This document shows positions 13,647-31,283 of a stretch of DNA of 64,000 nt, in pieces. Source of the stretch: Paraspadella gotoi (taxonomy: Eukaryota > Animalia > Chaetognatha). The stretch's first letter is position 1. Each line of letters opens with the position of its first letter. The notes under the pieces are model-generated. The model saw only the letters and a list, made by a program, of their open reading frames with translations, made no database searches and was not told the DNA's origin. The stretch spans positions 24,037,657 through 24,101,656 of the forward strand of contig CM119263.1 in the NCBI GenBank assembly GCA_051294375.1, in the 5' to 3' direction. Both the position numbers and the translations under genes were made by a program.

Positions 13647-13718
13647 TTTCTTTTTCTTTTCGTTTTGGACAAAAAGGTGGATAAAGTTCACGTTCGCATG
13701 CAGGGGATTGGGAGGAAA

Positions 13719-13792
<74 letters not shown>

Positions 13793-16700
13793 GGAGAGAG
13801 GAAAGAGAGAGAGATTCTGCTATTGTTTCGGGTTCAAGTCCAGAAAGCAGGAGAAGGCAGCTTCAACAGTGAAGGCCTTTGTTTTGTCCGTCACGCCGCC
13901 TCTTTCTCTCCTCCTCCTCTTTCTCCCTCCTCATTTTTCTCCTTGTCAATCAAAATTTCTTATCCCTTTCTTTTTTTAATCAACTCTATCATTTCATCAT
14001 CTTTTATTTGGTTGGAGTTTTTCACTTTTCGTAATTTGTTACGCTTAATAACTTCACTTTGACTTTTGTTCTAATATCTTGCTTTTTCAAAATTCAACTT
14101 GTAAAATCGAACTTTTTCTATGACATGTTATATTGAAAATTTTTTTTCTTTTTTTTTTTTCGGGTCGTTACGAGACTTTTTCTTTTCTCCTTTGTTTGTG
14201 TTCTTCTTTGTTATTCCATTTAAATTTTGGGCGGATTTAAAATTAGATATAAATGTTGGTTGTTTATTTGTGGTTTTGGGTTGGATTTTTTTTTTGGTGC
14301 TTCCGTCGCGAGTGGGTGAGGAAAGCGTCTCGCCTTTCTACTGGCCTTACTCATACTTTTTTTTTTGGGAACGGGGATCTTTCGAGTGTGAAGTTCTACG
14401 TTGTGGGGAAAGGGCGAAACCTTTGTGGCCTTTAGTGTGTCATCTCACTTCTCTTCTTTCTGTATCTCTATCTCTATCTCTTCTTTCTTCTCTCTCGTCT
14501 CTCCTCTCTCTCTCTTTCTTTCAGTCGATCATCTCTCCTCAATGTCTTGTCTCCTCTCGTCTCGTCCCTTCGTCTCTCTCTTCTCTCCTTTAATCAATTG
14601 CATTCGACGTTTCGTACCGAAAATTCAAAAATTTAAAATATTTTTTTTCCCCCGTCTTGAGCTTGAATACGAATTTTTCGTATTCTGATACGTTTACCAC
14701 TGAAGCCGATCGAGGAAAAGAAGAGAGAGAAGAAGAGAGAGAGATTAGAGAGAGAGTTTAGAAGAGAGTTAGATGTAAGAGGAGTTGAGGGAGCTCGAAG
14801 ACATCAGGTGTTTACTATATCGATCTGAGACTTGAGATCAGAGAATCTGGCATACAAAGTAGCTACGATTGAGACGAGACTTGAGAGAGAGAGAGAGAGT
14901 ATGGGAGATTGGCAAAATTTTGATGAATGAAACTTTTAAATAAAATACTATATTCAGGGACATTTTTCGTTTCGACTTATTGATTGTATTATTTACGCGA
15001 GGGTTGTGGTTTGTTTTTCGCTTCTCTTTTTTTTTTTTTTTTTTTGTTTTTTTTTTTTTTGTCCCAGTATTAACCGCGGTTCGGGGCCAATACGTACGCA
15101 TTAACGTTTTCCGCCCGATCTCTGTGGCGAGCTTGTTTTTTTTTTCCCTAACTGGGCAATAAATATTTTTTGTTGTCCGCCGAATTTTCGCTGAATATTC
15201 TTCCTCGCACAGCTTGAGCCTATTAAAAGCCTTGTGAAAGCGAAAACAACGAAGAGCCAACAAACAACAAAAACATAAAGGAACGAGACGAATGACTCGA
15301 AGGAAAAAAATGACTTTCGCAAAAAAGATGGCGACAAATTATTTTGGGGAATACATTGGAAAGGAAAAAAAAACCGGATAGCCTAGCATATTGTATTTGA
15401 AACGAAGAGGAAGACCAAATATCGGGGTTTTTTTTGTTTTTCAATATTTTTCTTCACAATTTTTATTTTAGCTATGCTTTTAATTGCTTTTTTTTCTTCT
15501 TAGCATTTTTCTTCTTTATTTAACATATTTCTCTCCCCACCCTCCGGCCCTCATTTAATTTTTCCGGCCGACGGAGTTATGGTTATCCCGTTATTATTAT
15601 ACGTTACTACACCTTTTTCTTTCTGCGATTTTATTGTTGTTGGGTGGAAAATTTCGCGGCAATTTCGGGGAACTTTTTTTGCCCTAGAAGCTTTCGACCA
15701 AATCACACCCGTCTGGAAAAGTGCAGAGGTATTTTAGATCCCTGAAGGGAAATACTTATTATACTGCTTCAAAACGTGTGATTTGAATTGATCTTGCAAA
15801 ACGCAATGCGCTGATGACGGTTTGGTTGGATTCACAGAGCACGTGTATTATTATCTGTCAATAATCATGTTCCAAAAGATTTCTTGATGGAAAGAAGTGG
15901 TGAGCCGACCGGAACTCTTTACAAACGTTCTCAGATTTGTCCTATTGAGATTCGTCTTAGATGGATTCTTAAGGACTACGCGGTTTCAATTGTTGACGAA
16001 ATTCATTACAGTTGATATTTTGTACTTACGGGTACTTAAAAAATTATAGCCCGGATATACACCACCGGAACAGATTCTAAACAATGATATGATGGGTAAA
16101 TTCCTTAGGTAATTGTGTTTTAACTTTTCCCCCGGGCGCACATGCTAGGGTATGCCTACAAAAAAATAACGCAATGCTGACCACTTGCCTCGACTCTGCT
16201 CATCGAAAAGGTAACACTCGAATTGGTGCGACACGACAGTAGGGACTCATGTGGATAAAGAGGTGGGCTAGTGCTCAAACTATACATATCTAAATGGGTT
16301 TGTTAATTATATTAATTGGTTTTGATATATCTTTTTACAGATCAATCTCTGCTTAATTCAGTAGTGCAAGTATTTGAAAATTCACATAAGATTATTAATG
16401 GTTCAACAGGTTTTTGAGACTTAGAATGATGAATTTTGGTATAGTGCATATTCTGATGGAGATTATAGGTGGATTTTTTTATGGGTTTTTGGCGAAATCG
16501 TTTTTATTGTTAGGTGAAAGCAAAGTGCATTTTGGGTGGAAATCGTGAGTAGGTATATTGTTGTACTCGGCGTCAAGGGCGGTGGTGAGGAATTAAAATG
16601 GACGCGGGATAGTTTTGATGGACGCAGGAAATGGGTTTTGGCGGGGGGGACTATCTATGGTATATACAAGCTAATTATTTAGTTATCTATTTTCTTAATT

Positions 16701-16869
16701 TTTTTTATATTAATAATCGATTTTTGTCCCTCTCCATTTCTTTCTTAGTCCCCCCCATTTGTTCTTTCCAGTTCTGGCCATGGTTTCGCAACCAAGTATT
16801 ACTTTTCCACTTCCCTTCGAGGTGGCTCAATGGAAGCCCATGGTTTCGGTGACATCAGAATGTATCTTA
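13227..16869 (+). repeat. First copy of a ~3.5-kb direct duplication (second copy 16895-20383), probable assembly artefact
   Basis: 14461-16869 appears identical to 17975-20383 (offset 3514; identical ORFs in the track). 13227-14460 is an insertion-rich version of 16899-17974. Both copies end in a 25-N gap. Confidence 0.92.
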
Positions 16870-16894
16870 NNNNNNNNNNNNNNNNNNNNNNNNN

Positions 16895-20383
<3,489 letters not shown>

Positions 20384-20408
20384 NNNNNNNNNNNNNNNNN
20401 NNNNNNNN

Positions 20409-21353
20409 TTTCCGCGAATTTTCGCGAATATTTCTTTCTCGCACACTGAGCCTAAAAATTGTGAAAGCGAAAACAACGAAAGAGCAAAACAAAAAAAAAA
20501 CATGAAAAGGACAGACGAATGACTCGAAGGAAAAAAATGACTTGAAAAGATGAGCGAAAATTAATTTTGAATATTGGAAGGAAAAAAACCGAAGCCTAGC
20601 ATATGTATTGAAAAGAGGAAGACAAATATCCGGGTTTTTTTTGTTTCAATATTTTTCTTACATTTTTATTTTAGCTATGCTTTTAATGCTTTTTTCTTCT
20701 TAGCCTTTTTTATAATCCGGCCATTAATTTCCGGACCACGAGTTATTGGTTAATATCAACGACAACTCTGGCGAAAGGGTAAAAGTTGCGCAATTTCGGG
20801 AACTTTTGCCCTAAACCGGAAAAAGTGCAGAGGATTAGCCAACGTGAGGAAATCTGCAAAACCAAGCGCTGATGACGGTTTGGTGGAAACCCGTGGAATA
20901 TTGTCAAAATGCCAAAGATTTCTTGATGGAGAATGTGAGGGGAATTTTAAACGTTCTCAGTTGTCTATTGAGATGGATGAGTCCGCAGGAAATTAATAGT
21001 TTTTGTACTTACGTACTTATAAAATAGCCGGTATACGGAACGATAACAATGACGGTTAATTTATTTTTTTAACTTTTCGCTCAAATCCTAAAAAAAATAC
21101 GATGCTGACTTAGTGCGGGTGAACACAGGCGCTAAGTAATATAATATCGTTGATATGCTTAAAATCAGAGTGCAAGTATTTGAACATAAGATTAAATGAG
21201 ACTGAAAGAGATTGGTATAAACTGAGGAGAAGTGGTTTTGGGGAAATCGTGGTAGGAAGAAAGGTGATTTTGGTGGAATCGTGGTAGGACGATGGTGGCG
21301 TCGGCGGTGGTGAGGAATAATGACGGAGTTTGAGCGGAAAAGGGTTTGGCGGG
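20409..21353 (+). repeat. Third, much shorter (deletion-rich) copy of ~15176-16648
   Basis: Colinear anchors: GTGAAAGCGAAAACAACGAA, GCGCTGATGACGGTTT, CCAAAGATTTCTTGATGG, GGCGGTGGTGAGGAAT, GGGTTTGGCGGG. Confidence 0.85.
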
Positions 21354-22925
21354 NNNNNNNNNNNNNNNNNNNNNNNNNNNNNNNNNNNNNNNNNNNNNNN
21401 NNNNNNNNNNNNNNNNNNNNNNNNNNNNNNNNNNNNNNNNNNNNNNNNNNNNNNNNNNNNNNNNNNNNNNNNNNNNNNNNNNNNNNNNNNNNNNNNNNNN
21501 NNNNNNNNNNNNNNNNNNNNNNNNNNNNNNNNNNNNNNNNNNNNNNNNNNNNNNNNNNNNNNNNNNNNNNNNNNNNNNNNNAAAAAAAAAAGAGTTTCGT
21601 TCGAGAATAAATGGCGCCAGAAATCGAGTTTATGTTTATTTCTCTGAGTTGGGATGTTTTTTGTATCGGATTTACCTTAAAAGGCGGATAGTTATTAAAT
21701 ATAGACAAAATACGTCCCACCTTGAATAGATCCAAGTTTTACATAACAAAATAAACAAATATATGCTTTCATAAAAATCAATAAATTGGTTGTTCGCTCC
21801 CTCTGCAATCTTCACACCACAAAAATCGTCGTTAAATACAAAATTGGACTGAATTCGCGTAAAATTTATAAGCATTTAGGCTTTTAGCTTTATTTATTTA
21901 TGTTTAGTTCTAGTTTATCGTCGATATGTTTTTGTGGGGCGTAAACAGGAGGAAAAGCGACGATAAAAAGCGATTCTTGGCCCGAGACGCGTTTTTTGAG
22001 AGTTTACGACCCGTAGACGATGTGGGGAATTTCGGGGGAAGGGAAAGATGGAAAGAAGGAAGGAAGGAAGGAAGGAGGGGAGGNNNNNNNNNNNNNNNNN
22101 NNNNNNNNNNNNNNNNNNNNNNNNNNNNNNNNNNNNNNNNNNNNNNNNNNNNNNNNNNNNNNNNNNNNNNNNNNNNNNNNNNNNNNNNNNNNNNNNNNNN
22201 NNNNNNNNNNNNNNNNNNNNNNNNNNAGGAAAGGAAAGAAGTAAGGAAGAAAAGGAAAAAGAGAAGAAAAAAAAGGAGGAGGGAAAGGAAAAAGATAGAA
22301 AGGATGGAATGAAGGGAAAAAATAAGGAAAGAGGATAGGGCAAAAGCAACATTGAAAAAATGAGCGTGAAAAATAAAAAGAGAGAAATAAGGATGGAAAA
22401 AGAATTAAAAAAAATAAACAAAAAATGAATTATTTTTTCAATATGAAGGACTTTACACTGAAGAAAAATAACTATTTTAAAAAATAAAAACAGAAAAAAT
22501 GTATTAAAATCGAAAAAAAGAAGAAACCGGTGACAGGAATTCTTGACTTTGGGTCTAACCATTTTCCGACCATCATAAATTTAATTTTAAAACGTTATGC
22601 TTTTGTTCTCGTCCGAGCTACTCTATAAAAACATTTTACCTAGATTATTTTTCTGCTCTAGTCACTAATCTAATCTAATTTAAATTATTTATTTTTTCTA
22701 GTCACTTTCAGTTTTATACTATGTAAGATGAATCTGTTTGTATCAAATTAATAGTTAAAAACTCACCAATGTCACTGACTTTTAAAAGTTCTCTTTCTCT
22801 TTTTGGCGAGCTCACTGTCCAGATATCATCGTTCACAAGTTTCACGTGACGACCATCGCCGGCGCCAACGCAATTAAAACCATTTCAGAGCCGAAGGAAT
22901 GAATGGAAGCTAAAATGAAATACAT

Positions 22926-23150
22926 AGCGGCGTCCACTCTAGTGAAACGGCGCCACTTCATTGGAGCGGAGCCTCTTTAATGGAGCGGCGTCATTCAGAC
23001 GGACCAGTGCATCCGTAATTAGGCGGCTACACTTGGGGCGACTATTGTTCGATCGAACGGCGCCATTCGAAAAAAGAGCGGCGACGATTCCAAAGGACGG
23101 CACGAATCGAAACGCCGTCGAATCACTCGGATTACGACGGCGTCACGGAA
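22926..23150 (+). repeat. Degenerate ~19-20-bp repeat with RRCGGCGYCA core
   Basis: AGCGGCGTCC, AACGGCGCCA, AGCGGCGTCA, AACGGCGCCA and GACGGCGTCA recur at short intervals. Confidence 0.5.
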
Positions 23151-23376
23151 TTGACCCGAGGCGTGAAAAAGTAAAAATTTTGTAAGCCAGAAACTTCGCT
23201 GACTTAGCCTAAGTCTTAGTTATGTTCCTATCCTGTGATTGGACAGCGAGAACTTTGCAATCAAGGGTTATAACTGTAACAACATTAATCGCGAAATTCC
23301 AATTAAAAAGAAAATAAGAATATGAGTTGTTTTTTTTTTTTTTTGTGGCGACCTCGTAACGTAATTTCCACCGTCT

Positions 23377-23683
23377 TTTTAGAAAATCAGGCAGTGTGTA
23401 TGAGATAGGCAGNNNNNNNNNNNNNNNNNNNNNNNNNNNNNNNNNNNNNNNNNNNNNNNNNNNNNNNNNNNNNNNNNNNNNNNNNNNNNNNNNNNNNNNN
23501 NNNNNNNNNNNNNNNNNNNNNNNNNNNNNNNNNNNNNNNNNNNNNNNNNNNNNNNNNNNNNNNNNNNNNNNNNNNNNNNNNNNNNNNNNNNNNNNNNNNN
23601 NNNNNNNNNNNNNNNNNNNNNNNNNNNNNNNNNNNNNNNNNNGCGTTAACCTGGAGGTTTTTTTAGAAAATCAGGCAGTGTGC
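23377..23683 (+). repeat. ~71-bp minisatellite, mostly hidden in an N gap
   Basis: TTTAGAAAATCAGGCAGTGTG flanks both sides of the gap; the full unit is visible at 43125-43856. Confidence 0.8.
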
Positions 23684-26183
23684 GTCGTCTTTTCTAATTC
23701 TCGTTCATAAATAGAATATGTTTACTAAGCTTTATGACAATCTTCTATTCTATTTTTTATGCGAGTGTGATTTGTTGTTTCCGTTTCGGATCTCGCGTTT
23801 TTCTCCTTCTTTTTTTTTTTTTGGTTATAATTTGATTCATGGGAACTCGACTCGTGATCATTATTTCGTTCTCCTATTCAGATTATGTTCCTTTGTTTTT
23901 TTTTTTTTGTTTTTTTTTTTCCTTTTCGTCTCCCTTCTTCTTTTCCCGGCGATCGACCATAGGCGCTGTGGTCGCTATCAACAACATCTTAGGAGGAAAC
24001 AAAAACAAAAGAAAACAAAGAAAATTGCGTCTCCCGCTGGGAGGGAGGGAGAATGAGATGGAGGAAGGAAAGGCGGGGGAGGAAGGGAGGAAAGAAAAAA
24101 AAAGAAAAGAGAGAAAAAACACTTCATCAACCTCATTCGCCTTCTTGTCGCGGTTAAATCTTCTCTTCACGCTCGTTTCTCATCTCTCCATTTTCTTTTT
24201 CTATCTCCTCTTTTTTTTTTTATATTGTAATACATTCTATTTTCTCTTACGTCTTTTCTTTTTCTTAATATCTCTTATCTTTTTCTTTTTTTACTCTTTT
24301 TTTTCTTTGTTCTCCATTTTCTTTNNNNNNNNNNNNNNNNNNNNNNNNNNNNNNNNNNNNNNNNNNNNNNNNNNNNNNNNNNNNNNNNNNNNNNNNNNNN
24401 NNNNNNNNNNNNNNNNNNNNNNNNNNNNNNNNNNNNNNNNNNNNNNNNNNNNNNNNNNNNNNNNNNNNNNNNNNNNNNNNNNNNNNNNNNNNNNNNNNNN
24501 NNNNNNNNNNNNNNNNNNNNNNNNNNNNNNNNNNNNNNNNNNNNNNNNNNNNNNNNNNNNNNNNNNNNNNNNNNNNNNNNNNNNNNNNNNNNNNNNNNNN
24601 NNNNNNNNNNNNNNNNNNNNNNNNNNNNNNNNNNNNNNNNNNNNNNNNNNNNNNNNNNNNNNNNNNNNNNNNNNNNNNNNNNNNNNNNNNNNNNNNNNNN
24701 NNNNNNNNNNNNNNNNNNNNNNNNNNNNNNNNNNNNNNNNNNNNNNNNNNNNNNNNNNNNNNNNNNNNNNNNNNNNNNNNNNNNNNNNNNNNNNNNNNNN
24801 NNNNNNNNNNNNNNNNNNNNNNNNNNNNNNNNNNNNNNNNNNNNNNNNNNNNNNNNNNNNNNNNNNNNNNNNNNNNNNNNNNNNNNNNNNNNNNNNNNNN
24901 NNNNNNNNNNNNNNAACATCTCTGTCTTTATTAATTAATTTACATAAATGTCATAATCTTGTAAAAGTGATGGAAGCTTTAACCATCAAAGCCTGTCCAA
25001 AGTCAGGGGTGAGATAGCTTAGTTATTAAATGAATAATTTTTATATTGGTTGTACCAATTTCATATATTGATATATCTAGTAATTAATTCTTCAAATTCT
25101 CTTTCTTTCTNNNNNNNNNNNNNNNNNNNNNNNNNNNNNNNNNNNNNNNNNNNNNNNNNNNNNNNNNNNNNNNNNNNNNNNNNNNNNNNNNNNNNNNNNN
25201 NNNNNNNNNNNNNNNNNNNNNNNNNNNNNNNNNNNNNNNNNNNNNNNNNNNNNNNNNNNNNNNNNNNNNNNNNNNNNNNNNNNNNNNNNNNNNNNNNNNN
25301 NNGCCGTCGACCCTGGGTTGTTCTTCTCTCCCGTCCATCAAAGTACGGTCCCCGAATGACCACTGACCATTTCCCCGATCCCCGAATGACCGATACCCTT
25401 CTCTGACCTTTTCTCCATCCCATTTGCATGCCAACTGCCGGATTCTTTAGAGTCGCCCGCCTCTCTTTCTCCAAGGCATTTTTTCTTCGTTTTGCAGTCA
25501 GAGTCATGTCGAGTCCCTGATCGCTTGTCCGGTCACTTCCACCCTCCCACTCCCCCTCCCCTCCCTCTTCCCATCTCCTCCACGACCTCCCACTCCCTCC
25601 CTCTTCCTCTTCCTCATCCTCCTCCGCCATTGCCGTCGAAGCTTTTGACCAAGTCTCTCCCGCAAAAAAACTTCCTCGCCCGCTTTCGTCCCTTTTACAT
25701 CCAGGCTTCCTTTTTTTTTTCCTTCTTTCTTTCTTTTTCTTCCTTTTTTTTCGCTCTTTCATTCCTTCTGTATTTTTGGCTTTCTTACTTATTTGACTTT
25801 TTTTCTTTTTTTNNNNNNNNNNNNNNNNNNNNNNNNNNNNNNNNNNNNNNNNNNNNNNNNNNNNNNNNNNNNNNNNNNNNNNNNNNNNNNNNNNNNNNNN
25901 NNNNNNNNNNNNNNNNNNNNNNNNNNNNNNNNNNNNNNNNNNNNNNNNNNNNNNNNNNNNNNNNNNNNNNNNNNNNNNNNNNNNNNNNNNNNNNNNNNNN
26001 NNNNNNNNNNNNNNNNNNNNNNNNNNNNNGCAGGGAATTTGTTTCCTCGGCTCGGCCGCCTCGGAGGCGAGAAGCAACAGAAAAATGCCAAAATGGCCGA
26101 GACCCGACCAACCGGGAGTAACGAAAGCGGGCAAAGGCTGATGGCTTGGTTTTTTGGGNNNNNNNNNNNNNNNNNNNNNNNNN

Positions 26184-26199
26184 AGAAAGTGAAGGAGGG

Positions 26200-26230
<31 letters not shown>

Positions 26231-26255
26231 AGAGAGAGAGAGAGAAAGAGAGAGA

Positions 26256-26287
<32 letters not shown>

Positions 26288-27058
26288 CAAAGAGAGAGAG
26301 AAAAATTCATTGACTTGTGCGGAGTCTACCAAACCCAAAAAGTGGTAAGCGCTACAGATAAGAAAAAACTTAGTTTCTTTTTTTCTCTCTTTCTCTCACT
26401 CCCTTGGGTTTTTTTCCATTTGCCGAGGACATAAATTTTATCTTGACTTTTTATTCCAGTCGAAGTTGACTGAACATTAAACTTTAATCATTGTATTTTG
26501 TTGCCGTTTCGTTTCGCAAAACCATAACCATCAGCTTTTCTTCGTTCGTTGAACTTTTCATTTTTCTTATTCTGCGCTATAGTATCCTATAACATAACAT
26601 TGCACCAATTTCATACTAAAGTTGCGCCGCTCCGATCAGTTTGCAACTCACAACCTCGCCGATTTACATATTAACGCTTACAACGTTTACGCTTAAGGCA
26701 TAAAATTCAAGCTTATAATTGTGTTGTCTTTCTTTCTTTATACTTTCTTTCTTTCCTTTTTCTCTACTCTTTAAATTCTACTATCTTTCTATTCTTTTAA
26801 TTTTATTCTTTCTGTCTTTTTTTTCTTTATATTTTTTCTTACTCAGTTCCTTTTTCTTTCTGGCTCTTGTTCAAACTTTCAAGTCTGACCTTTTTTGTTC
26901 CTGATAGATTTCTCTGCTTTTGTTTTAACTCAAACGTGGTTTTTTAGCTTGTTTTTTTTTTNNNNNNNNNNNNNNNNNNNNNNNNNGGCTTTTTTTTTGC
27001 GTACTGAAAAAGGCGGAGAGAACGTGGACCAGTGAATATTTTGTTTCTTTCGCAGAGG

Positions 27059-27093
<35 letters not shown>

Positions 27094-27759
27094 CGAGAGA
27101 GAGAGAGAGAGAGGAAGAGAGAGAGAGAGGAAAGAAGAGAAGGAAAAACAGCTAAAAAACCACGTTTGAGTTAAACAAAGCAAGAGAAATCTATCAGACA
27201 AAAAAGGATTCAACTTGAAGTTTGAAACAAGAGCCAGAAAGAAAAGGTAACTAAAGTAAGAAAAAATATAAAGAAAAAAAAAGACAGAAGAATAAAATGC
27301 TATTGGTAATATAAAAGAATGAGAAAGATAGTAGAATTTAAAGAGTAGAGAAAAAGGAAAGAAAGATAGTATTAAGAAAGAAAGAGCACACAATTAGAAG
27401 TTGAAATTTTATGCTTAACGTAACTTGGTCGTTGTAACGTTAATATGTAATCGGCGAGGTTGTGAGTTGCAAACCTGATCGGAGGCGCGGCGCCAACTTT
27501 AGTATGAAATTGTGCAATGTTATGTTATAAGGATACTATAGCGCAGCATAAATAAAAATGAAAAGTTCAACGAACGAAAGAAAAGGCTGATGGAGGTATT
27601 GCGAAACGAAACGGCACAAATTCAAATGATTAAAGTTTAATGTTCAGTCAACTCGACTGGAATAAAAAGTCTCAAGATTAAAATTTAGGTCCTCCGGCAA
27701 ATGGAAAAAACCCCAAGGGAGTGAGAAGAAAGAGAGAAAAAAAAGAAAGTGAAGGAGGG

Positions 27760-27790
<31 letters not shown>

Positions 27791-27815
27791 AGAGAGAGAG
27801 AGAGAAAGAGAGAGA

Positions 27816-27847
<32 letters not shown>

Positions 27848-27932
27848 CAAAGAGAGAGAGAAAAATTCATTGACTTGTGCGGAGTCTACCAAACCCAAAA
27901 AGTGGTAAGCGCTACAGATAAGAAAAAACTTA
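26184..27932. repeat. Locally duplicated/inverted fragments: 26184-26372 matches 27744-27932, and ~26374-26948 is the reverse complement of ~27150-27745
   Basis: Direct and reverse-complement matches adjacent to 25-N gaps. The long-read-like copies (38940-39980 and 46930-47250) show a single colinear order. Confidence 0.8.
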
Positions 27933-28643
27933 GGAGGCGGCCTTGGACTCTTCTGAAAAAAGGAAGTTCTAACACCAAAAGTGTTGGAGTGGTGTTCAGT
28001 GTCCACTCTTCAGAGTTGGAAGGATGGGCGTATTGAGGGAAAGTGAAAAAACTGATGATGGAGAATGCAATGTCGCTTAATTGACGTCTGCAGACGTCGG
28101 CTTTTTCACTTTGACCACCAAATTGATTGAAATAGAAACCGAAAGTCTGTCTGGTTAAAATAGTATAAAGCATAAAAAGTCTTGGGAGAGTTGCGATAGC
28201 GCAGTGACGAAGAAAGAAGGCGAACTTAACGAGAGTCCACAGTTGACCGGAGCCAGAGTTCATTTCCGGTTCGGCGTTTGCTTTTAACCAACTTGTCTTT
28301 GTGCTTTTATGGACACTCTTGTCTTTACTACTTTTTTCTCCTACGCTATATTTTCATCTCCACTCGCTCGTTTTTACGATGTTCACTACGAAAACCTACG
28401 TGAATCACTGTGATTTAAACAACAAATAAGATGATAACTAAACTAATGATCGGAATTTGACGTAAGATTTATAGAAAATAAAAAGACGAAGGAAATCGAA
28501 AGCGGAAGAAAAATTCGCTTTTGTTTTGACTCGAATTCTATGGAGGCGAGATTCAATTCAAATCTGTTGGGCGCGCCAAGATTTTGTTTTTTTCGAAAGA
28601 CAAAAGGGGGCGGATAAAAAGAAAGAAAGAAAACAGAAAAATA

Positions 28644-28740
<97 letters not shown>

Positions 28741-28741
28741 A
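28644..28741 (+). repeat. (GAAA)n tetranucleotide microsatellite
   Basis: Perfect run. Confidence 0.97.
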
Positions 28742-31244
28742 AAAACAGCTTATTGTGCAAAGTAAAAAATTAAAATAGGGAAGGTTTACCAAGCTATAAG
28801 CAGTGACGACAGTACATCAGTACAGTACAGTACAAAAGTCTCACCGATGATCTTAAAAACACGAATCAAATCCAAAAAGTAGTTCTTCGTTTGACCTAAC
28901 TTGTTTTTAAACCTGTACCAATATCCGGGAGGTACACGCGTCTTAAACAACAACAACAAACAAAGAGAGGCAACCCTCGAATTCCTTCTCACTGAGTCCG
29001 AATCAAACTTCTCCCTCCCGACGCCATCTCCACCCCCCATCCACCTCCCTTGCCCCCGACCGTCAGAGCGAGTCAATCTTCGACCCTCTCCTCCTCTTCC
29101 TCTTCCTCCTCCGCCGTCTCGGCCCGTCTCGGGTTCAGGGGTCAAAGGTCACGGGTCGGCATCACCGACATCACGATTTCTGCTTCGTAATCATTAAAAA
29201 TTGATTTTTAGCTTTTGTCCGCGTTGGGAGGCCAGTAAGGGAAACGACAAGTGGGCGTGGTGCAGACTCGACGTTTCGGCGTTGCGGTAATAAACATATA
29301 ATTTGGTTAAAGTAAACAACAACGTATGGGCATTGGGGGCAGGAATTAGTGCGTGGTCAGAGTTTGTCCAAATACGTCCGCATTGAGCGATGAGCAAGGG
29401 AACAATGGTTGGAGATATTTGATTTGTTTAATTTTTTGTTTCATAGTCATGATTTTGGCAGAAGATTTAGTAGGTAATAGTTTGATTTGTTCTTTTCATG
29501 CCAATAATATAAAAGAAAAAATAAATTATTTCTGGAAGTAACATAATATTTATTTCAGAGACTTCTGTCTCCCTCAAAGTTGCATAACAATATGACACAA
29601 AAATTTACAAAACAGTTTTAGGTAAGGTATCTACTCTTCCATTTGGCCGAAAATCCATTCTCCTCACTCTGGCCATTTCTTCTCTTCTCTGCCTTTGAAT
29701 TCTATAGGCTTGAGATGACCTGAAACCAAATGGTTTCTGTCTTTCATTTTAAATTTGTAGTTATTAATTCGTTAGTCGGTTCAACATAGTTTATTACCGT
29801 TTTCTTCGTCGATACTGTTCTCGTTTATATTTAGTTGAATGTTTAATTGCGTTTACATAAACATTTCCATATCGATAACTAATTGTCTGCATTGGAAGTG
29901 AAAAAGAAAGTTTAAAAAAACGGTTGGGTTTTTTTTTTTTCGTGACTAATGAACGACATTGGAAAGAATTCAAGATCTCGATTGGATAAACGAGTCGCGA
30001 GTTTTCTTTCTTTACTGGAAACGATTGGCCGACTGGGTTGCGTTTCCGTCGGTAAATATATATCGTCTAGATTATAAATCGAGTCGCGCGCAAAGTCTTA
30101 ATGGCGCAAAGTGACTTATCATAGATCTATCGAGTTTGAGATAATGATTTGCAATTTTTGCAGTATAATTCTAATTTTAATTATTGATATTAAGAAATAT
30201 TTATTCATCCGTGGTTTCATACGCATAACGTACATGAAAATTCCTATTTATTTGTTTAATCAGTGGTCTTTTACTTTAATGGAAGGAACCATGCGATATA
30301 CATTATATTTTATTTTCTTTTGCTTTTTTTAAGGAATTAAAATTGATAACTAGAAAATTACTATTTTATTTCGGCGTCACATATGTCTCAACCTTTAGCA
30401 TAAATTCCTAAGGCAAAAAGAGGGGGAAAATCGCTGAGTACCGACTTATTTCAGCGGAGACTTTCCAAGCGTTGATGATCTTATTAAGAAAAATATTCGT
30501 GGTTGTTTTGTCTGTGCGAGGCACATGTCTTTGGTTTTCTCTTTTTTTTTTTCAACGTTTTTTTAAGCTTTAAAAATTCAAAAATCTCAATCTCTTTCTT
30601 CTTTTCGAATGTAGATAATGAATTTTTGTATTTTCAAATTTTTCATTAATGACGGAACAGTTTGAGCACACCAATGATCGGATCGCCTACGATAATTAAT
30701 TAAGATTAAATTGATTAATTATATTAATTATTGAGATTAATTAATTAATAGGCATTAATTAATTAATATAGAATTAATTAAGATAGAATTAATATAATAA
30801 TTATATTCAGCTTGTGCATCAATCGATTGTCCTTAAAATTGAGGTCAGGACAGGTTAGTTAAATGTTATTGTTTACATTTTATAAACAAACAATATCCCT
30901 CTATTATCGAGCCCAGGCAGGGCAAAGCCCAGTCCTGTCTAGATTTTTTTTCGGTTTGCTTTCGATCTCTATTGATGCTTTGTTTCTGTCTAATCACTGG
31001 CTTCTGGAAAGTGGTGATATCTAGGGGAGTTGAATTTTCATATAATGGCTTCTAATCATCATGAGATCTTTAAAATTCTCAATGTTTTCATATCAATATT
31101 GGTATTAGATTTATGATTTTTATTTTACAAACAAAACGTTTAATTATAATGTCGCTTCTCTCTCTCTCTCCACTGCTTTTTCTCCCGTCACTGCTTCTTC
31201 TAAAAACAGAGTTTCCGGCTCTGCAGCGTCTGTCCAGCTCTTTC

Positions 31245-31283
<39 letters not shown>

